Source of the DNA: Callorhinchus milii
Lineage: Eukaryota
NCBI RefSeq assembly: GCF_018977255.1
Contig: NW_024704742.1
Coordinates: 69,442,001-69,506,000 of the forward strand
Length of the DNA stretch: 64,000 bases
Reading direction: 5' to 3'
The notes under the pieces: generated by a model
Databases searched by the model: none
What the model was told of the DNA's origin: nothing
The model's input: only the letters and a program-made list of their open reading frames with translations
Program-made: the position numbers and the translations under genes
Shown here: piece by piece, positions 56,906 through 64,000 of the stretch
Position numbering within the stretch: position 1 is the first letter of the stretch
How the letters are laid out: every line of letters begins with the position of its first letter

Positions 56906-59900
56906 AGCTCCAGCCTGCTTCACGTCCCCCGCCTCACCCGCCCCACCATAGCCGGGTGGACCTTCTGCCACTCTGCCCCCACACGCTGGAACTCCATCCC
57001 ATAGTCCCTCCGCCTTGTCCCCTCCGTTGCCTCCTTCAAGACCCGTCTCAAGACCCTCCTCTTTGACTGTGCCTTCGGTCACCTTCCTTCCCCCTGTCCT
57101 CCACCCTCCCCAATCCCAACCCACAGCTTGGATCCGAAACATTGAACGTCCAGCACATTGGGATGACCTCCTGACGTGAAAGGCGCTATACAAATGTAAT
57201 TTTGTTGTTGTTGTTGTCTTAACAATCTGGTAAGGCGCTATATCAAACGCAAGAATTATTATTAAAGGTGATTAATGCTGCATTGCTCAATAAAAATCCA
57301 TCATAAAGGTTATAGAAGATTACTATGATTCTCTCCCAATACACACACACCCACACATACACAGTTAAATCACCCTATCCCTACCTTTCCCAGTCATTCA
57401 TCAGTCTTCTATAATGCTGATCTTAAAGATGCCACAGCACCGTGCGAAAAGGGAAGGGAGTTTCGTACTCTCGGTATCCTGGCCAACAGTAATAATCCTT
57501 GCATTTGATATCGTCCTTATCATTTTGTTGAGACGTCTGAAAGCGTTTCACAGTAAAGTGTATATACTGTAAAGTGTAGTGACTGTGTACTTATTTATCT
57601 ATTTTTGGGGGATGTCGGTTAGGATACCGGGAGAGAAAAACTCACTTCTCTTTTTGAATAGTGCCGTGGGTCTTTAACATCCACCTGAACAGGCAGATGG
57701 GATCTGTTAGTTTAATGTCTCATCCAAAGGATGGCACCTTCGCAATGCAACACACCCCAGCATTGCATTGCAGTGTCAGCTTAGACTATGTGGTTCCAAA
57801 TCCCGATGTGAGACTTGAACCCACAGCCTTCTGGCTCAGGGACGAGAGTGCTACCACTGAGCCAAGTTGACACACAGTCACTGCACTTTAAATCCTGTGA
57901 AGCACTTTGAGATGTTTCACCTACGTGCTAAGTGCTTTACCAAATGCAAGTATTATATACCATATATTATATCATTATTATGATTTGTATACCTTTTCCC
58001 CGCTCGCTCTCTCATTCCAAGCTCACCATTGCTTACAATCCAATTGTAAATGAGGTAGAAACACAGCACTAAACACACAATAATATTCAATAATTTTCCT
58101 TCAAGGCTTTAACCTGTGCTGGAGCTTACTGAAGAATGATTACAGTAATTATAAAACTTACATTATAATTTTTGTTTGGGTACAGGCAAGTAGATTTCCT
58201 TTCATTTTCATTCTTTATGCCCCATCTGGTTTATTAATTGCTTTTAAATCTCAGAGGAACTGGTTTTCCAGTCCTCTCTGGCAAGTGCATCATTTTGTAT
58301 CATTTTACAGCATCTCTCAGCATAAACAGTGAGCCCCAGAACCTCTCCAGCGTAGACACAGGCCATTTGGTTGTCAGGTGCTAGACATGATGGGCTGAAT
58401 GCCATATAATAATAATCATCATCCTTGCATTTGATATAGCACCTTGTCAATGTCGAGTCTTGTATCTCAGTGGTTAAAGCATGTGCCACGCAAGCGAGAG
58501 ACCTGGGTTCATAAGGCGAAATGTTTCCTTACTCCACATGCCTCTGCTTACCTAGCAGTAAGTAGGAACCCGGTTGTTAGTCGATTGGAGCATCGCTTTT
58601 CTGGGGGTAATAATTCTTTTTAAAAAATGGTAATTTCAACCCACGACTGTTTGTGGGCCACAATTGGCTGCCACATTTCGCCCACAAAATATAGGGTCAA
58701 TTTGCTTTACAGTATAATCTGTGAAGCGCTTTGAGGCGTCTCGAAGACATGATACACACCTCCACACCTCCTAATTCCCTCTCCTGTATGTCTTTTTTCC
58801 CTCTCCCTCATGTATGCATCCAGTTTCCTCTTGGTTGATGCTTTCAGCTTCAACCACAGATCTGGTCAGTGAGGTCTACATTCTCACCACCTTCCGTGTG
58901 AAGAAGTTCCTCCTAAACTCCCTATGAGATGTGTTACTGATGAACTTATATTTACAGCCTCTAGTTATAGACTCACCAACAAGTGCAAACGCCCATCAAC
59001 GTCCACCTTATCAAATCCTTTCATAACCTTAAAGCCTTCGATCAGGTCCCCTGTCAATCCTCTCAACTCCAGAGGGAAAATCTCTGACTTGTCCACTCTC
59101 TCCTGATAGCTGTGTCCTCTCCTCCCTGCGAACATATTTTTACCTCCAGACTGAACTAAGGCCTGAAATTCCAGGTCTTTGGCTGTTTTAGATGATCTTC
59201 GGGGAGAAATTTCACTGGGGTCAAGATTTACGCGACATTTCAAAGCATCCAGAATTTGGAATAATTTGATATTTGGACCCTTGGTGCACTCCATATGTTC
59301 AGAATTTTACCTCATAGTCTAGGCTGACTCTCCATTGCAGTGCTGGGGGGAGGGCTGCATTGTTTGAAGTGATGTCCTTCAGATGAGACATGAAACCGAG
59401 CGGCCTGTCTGTGTCTGTTCAGGTGGAAGTTAAAGATTCCGCGATGCTTCTTGACAAGAGAATGGAGTTTCTCTCCCCCAGTATCCCGGCCAGCTGGCTC
59501 TGGCCTCCTGCTTATCCCTCTTTGCCTCCGCTCCACCAATGGAGGCCGTGTTTTCAGCCACTATACCCCAAAACTTTGGAACTCTCCCCCCAATCCCTCC
59601 ACCTTGCCCCCTCCTTCCCCTCTTGTAGATCATGACTGAAGACTTTCCTCTTTGACTGTGTTTACGGTCACCTCCTCCCGGCTCGGCATCAGGCTCCGCC
59701 ACTGTTAGGCACTCTACGAGCTTGCCCCGCATGAAGGGCGCTGTGCAAATGTAAGTTATTGTGTTGTTGTTATGGCACTGAATATGCTTAGTAAAAAATA
59801 ACTGTGTAATCAGAAGCATAGAATAATAGAATCTGAATAATACGGCACAGAAGGAGGCCATTCAGCCGATTGTGTCTGTGCCGTCACTTTGAAAAGAGTT

Positions 59901-60416
59901 ATCCAATTCAATCCCACTCCCCCGCTCTCTCCCCATAACCCTGCAAACTTGTCCTCCCCAAATAATTATCTACTTCTCTCTCAAAAGTTGTTATCAAATT
60001 GGCTTCCACCACCCTTTCAGCCGATGCATTTCCAAATCCGAATAACTCGCTGGGTGAAAAAAATTCTCCTCGCCTCCCCTCTGCTTCTTTTAATAATAAC
60101 AACAAAATTACATTTGTAAAGCACCTTTCACATCGGGAGGATATCCCAAGGCGCTGAACAGACGGGGATCAGGACCCGAGCATGGGGGTGGCAGGATTGG
60201 GGTGAGAGAGGGCATCTGAAGGCATGGTCGTAAAGGAGGGTCTTGAGTCATGCCTTGAAGGAGGCGAGGGAGGGAACAAGGTGAAGGGATTGTGGGATGG
60301 AGTTCCATGAGGGACAACTATTTTAAATCAGTGTCCTCAGGTTACTGACCCTCCCGCCAGTGGAAATAGTTTCTCCTTGTTCACCCTATCGAATCCTCTC
60401 ATAATTTTGAAACCTA

Positions 60417-60730
60417 TTAATAATCCTTGCATTTGATATAGCGCTTTTCACGTCGGGAGGACGTCCCAAAGCGCTTCACAGAATATACTGTGAAGTGAAT
60501 TGACTGTATATTTCTGGGCGAACGCGGCAGCCAATTGCGCACAGCAGTGTCCCACAAACAGTCATAGATTGAAAATGACCAATTTATTATTGTTTTATGT
60601 TTTGGAGGGATTATTATTAGGCGTGTGGAGTAAGGAAACTTGCTCAAGGTTTCGCCCTCTGCCTGGAATTGAACTCAGGTCTCTCGCTTGCAAAGCGAGT
60701 GCTCTAACCACTGAGCTACAGGACTCCACA
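60417..60730 (-). mobile_element. Young short-subfamily SINE nested in CR1
   Basis: Near-identical reverse complement of 33897-34210. Confidence 0.9.
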
Positions 60731-61113
60731 AAGTCTCCTCTTAACCTTCTCTGCTTCAAGGAGAATAATCCCAGCTTCTCTAGCCTCTCCTGATAACTGA
60801 GTCCCTCATTCCTGGTACCATCCTAGTAAATCTCCTTTGCACCTTCTCCAATGCCTTGACATCCTAAAGTGTGGTACCCAGAACTGAACACGTACTCTAG
60901 CTGACACCAGTGTTTCATAACTTCCTGACTTTTGTATTCTATGCCCTATTTATAAAGCCTAGTATCCCACATGCTTTTTTAGCAGCTTTATCTACCTGTC
61001 CTGTCACCTTCAAAGATTTACTTATATGAACTCCCAGGTCTCTCTGTTCTTTCACCCCCTTTAAGATTTTACCATCAGCTTATATTTCCTCTCCTCATTC
61101 TTCCTGAGCAGTT

Positions 61114-61438
61114 TGTGGAGTCCTGTAGCTCAGTGGTTAGAGCACTCGCTTTGCAAGTGAAAGACCCGGGTTCAATTCCAGGCAGAGCGAAACCTTGGGC
61201 AAGTTTCCTTACTCCACACAGAGCCTAATAATAATCCCTCCAAAACAAAACAATAATAAATTGGTCATTTTCAATCCATGACTGTCTGTGGGACGCTGCT
61301 GTGCGCAATTGGCTGCCGTGTTCGCCCACAAATATACAGTCAATTCACTTTACAGTATATTCTGTGAAGCGCTTTGGGACGTCCAGAAAACGTGAAAAGC
61401 GCTATATCAAATGCAAGGATTATTATTATTATTATTAT
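61114..61438 (+). mobile_element. Young short-subfamily SINE nested in CR1
   Basis: Interrupts ctcattcttcct|cccaa (uninterrupted at 48531-48547); ttcct appears on both sides. Confidence 0.9.
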
Positions 61439-63734
61439 ATTCCTCCCAAGATACATCACTTCGCATTTCTCCACATTAAATTTCATCTGCCACGTGTTTG
61501 CCCATTTTACCAGTCTGTCTATGTCCTCTTGCAGTCTGCTACTATCCTCCTCTAGCTTAGTATCATCTGCAAAATTGGAAATTATACTCCCTATATCCAA
61601 GTCCAGGTCATTTATGTAGATCAAAAACAGCAGTGGCCCCCATACCGACCCCTGGGGGACATCACTGCACACTTGCCTCCAGTTAGAAAAACAACCATTC
61701 ACCACCACTCCCTGCTTTCTGTGTCCCAGCCAGTTCTGTATCCGCTGCCACTGCCCTTTAATACCATGGGCTTCTATTTTGCTTACAAGTCTCTTATGTG
61801 GCATTTATCAAACGTCTTTTGAAACTCCATATAAACTACACCAACTGCACTACCTTCATCCACCCTCTCTGTTAGTTCAACAAAAAACTCTATCAGGTTT
61901 GTTAGATATGATTTGCCTTTAACAAATCCGTGTCTTTTATCAACCCATATTTTCTTAGTGAAAATGTACCAGATTATAGTCTCTAGAAGTTTCCCCATTA
62001 CTGATATTAGGCTGACTGGCCTGTAGTTCCCGGGTTTATCCTTCTGTCCCTTCTGTACAGGGGAGTAACATTTGCAACCCTCCAGTCCTCTGGCAACACC
62101 ACGGTGTCCAAGGAAGATTGAAAGATTGTGGCCAGAGCCTCCGCTATTTCCACCCTTCCCTCAGTAACCGAGGATGCATCCTGTCTGGACCGGGTGACTT
62201 ATCTACCTTGAGCACCGTCAACCTTTTTAGTACCTCTCTATTTATTCTTATCTTATCCAATTGCTCTATCCTCTCCTATACTGTGGCATTGGCTGCATCC
62301 TCTTTTTTTGTGAAGACAGATGCAAAGTACCCATTCAGTACGTCAACCATGCCCTCTGCCTCCACAAGAAGATTTCCTCTTTGGTCCTTAATTGGCCCCA
62401 CCCTACCTTTGACTAACCTTTTATTCTTTATATGCTTATAAAATACCTTAGCCTTTTGTGTTACCAGCTAATCTTTTCTCAAACAATCTCTTTGCCCCTC
62501 TTATTTTCTTTTTCACTTCTCTGTACTTTCTATTTCTATTTGATTATCTTCTGTATATAGGACCTGAAATTTATCATAAACCTTCTTATTCTGTTTTATT
62601 TTAATCCCAATTTCCTTATTCATCCAGGGATGTTTGGATGCCCTATTTTTCCCCTTTGAGGGAATGTATTTGTTCTGTCCCCGAACTATCTCCTTCTTGA
62701 AGGCTTCCCATCGCTCGTTAGCTGTTTTACCTGCCAATCTTTCTTTCCAGTCCACCATGGCTCGGTCCCTTTTTTAACTCACTGAAATTTGCCCACTTCC
62801 AGTTGAGTATCTTCACCTTTGATTGTTACTTGTCCCTTTCCATAAGTACTCTAAACCTAATGATGTTGTGATCACTGTTGTCCAGATGCTCTCCTCCTGA
62901 AACCTGCTCCACTTGCCCCACTTCATTCCTCCAAACTAGATCTAGCACTGCTTCCTTTGTCATTGGGCTGGAAACATACTGATCCAGAAAGTTATCCTGC
63001 ACAGATTTCAGGAATCCTCCCCCCACCTTTTCCTTCCTTATCCCTCCTGAATGCATTGGATATGTGTTTGCATCATGGAGAAGGTTGATCGGAGACTGAA
63101 CCAAGAACACAGTGTTCTTAGGCTTGGTACAATGACTGTATCACACCATTGTTTATGTAGCACAACTCAGGGCTGATCTCCACCTCTCTGTGAACTAGTC
63201 ATAGCTGTTCTGTGCTTTGTGCAGTTAACCCTTCAATCCAAAGCCTTAACGGGTAGCTGGACAAGCAGTGAGAAAGCTTCCCAGACAACGATATCAATGA
63301 CAAGCTATGTGGTTTTAGCTGGTTAGATTCCAGCACACTCTGGGGTCTCCAAGCCTTGGCTCTTGCTAAACTGTGCCTAATACTTTTCGGAATTGGGTAA
63401 TCAGGATGTGTCCCTCCAGGGAGAGAGTGCACATTCCATTCCAACAAATCTATCTCTGGGATTTCCGTGTGTAGGTCGGATGCATGGAATTCTCAGTTTG
63501 GCTTGGATACTCTTAAGCACGGTGATGGCTTTCCACATGTGTCAGACACCCAGCTGACCCCAAAAGAATCTTTGCTCTGTGTAGAACCGACCAGTTTCAC
63601 GTGATTGGGCAAGTAAATCTTCATCATGTTGAAATGTCTCAAAGCACAGGTAATTGCCATCGAGTGTAGTGACTGTTGGTTTTAGCAGGCACATGCAGTA
63701 GTCAATGTGATGCAACTAGGTCCCATTGTGTGTT

Positions 63735-64000
63735 AGCCTGGCTCAGTGGTATCACTCATGCCTCAGAGTCAAAAGGTTGTGGGTTCAAGCCTCACATTTC
63801 AATTTGGAATCACATTTTAAGCAGAACTCCAATGCAGTGCTGGGCCATGTTACATTGTCGGAGATGCCGTCCTTTGATGAGTCGTTAAACTGAGGTTGTG
63901 TCTGCTTGTTCAGGTGAATGTTAAAGATCCCATGGCACTATTCAAAAAGAGAAGGGAGTTTCTCCCGGTGTCCTGGTTAACAATCCCTCAAATTTGGTCA
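63735..64000 (+). mobile_element. Deu-domain SINE (runs off the window)
   Basis: agcctggctcagtggtatcact head; gttcaggtgaatgttaaagatcccatggcactatt core. Confidence 0.75.

Larger units (their letters stand above)
59817..63020 (-). mobile_element. 5'-truncated CR1 LINE (end of endonuclease, RT, 3' tail) with nested L2 and two SINEs
   Basis: FLDQYVSSP, SDHNIIRF, HGFVKGKS.LTNLIEFF, VPQGSV.GPLLF and FADDTKL motifs; frameshifted; nested inserts at 60100-60313, 60417-60730 and 61106-61438. Confidence 0.92.

Overview
Vertebrate genomic DNA. The SINE/L2/CR1 repeat landscape suggests a cartilaginous fish, probably a holocephalan; this is inference. There are two intact protein-coding genes on the + strand: a 16-exon Cdc25 phosphatase (CDS 3011-25994, 562 aa, best called CDC25B, with one GC-AG intron) and the two-coding-exon AP5S1 (36025-37191, 203 aa). 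CDC25B followed by AP5S1 is the same order as in human. About 1.2 kb past the AP5S1 poly(A) signal lies a ~8.2-kb decayed LTR retroelement on the - strand (38867-47085). It has two ~1.15-kb LTRs, a tRNA-Arg-like PBS, a PPT, a coiled-coil Gag with a degenerate CCHC knuckle, a protease, an RT with retrovirus-type motifs, an apparently non-catalytic RNase H 'tether', an integrase and a small membrane-protein (env-like) remnant behind a splice acceptor. These features resemble lokiretrovirus/class III-type retroviruses more than ordinary Gypsy elements, and this element is the most interesting item in the window. The remainder is L2 and CR1 LINE fragments, two SINE families, MITEs, minisatellites and several unique non-coding islands that may be conserved enhancers. 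All translations, alignments and counts were done by eye, and family assignments from memory need database confirmation.
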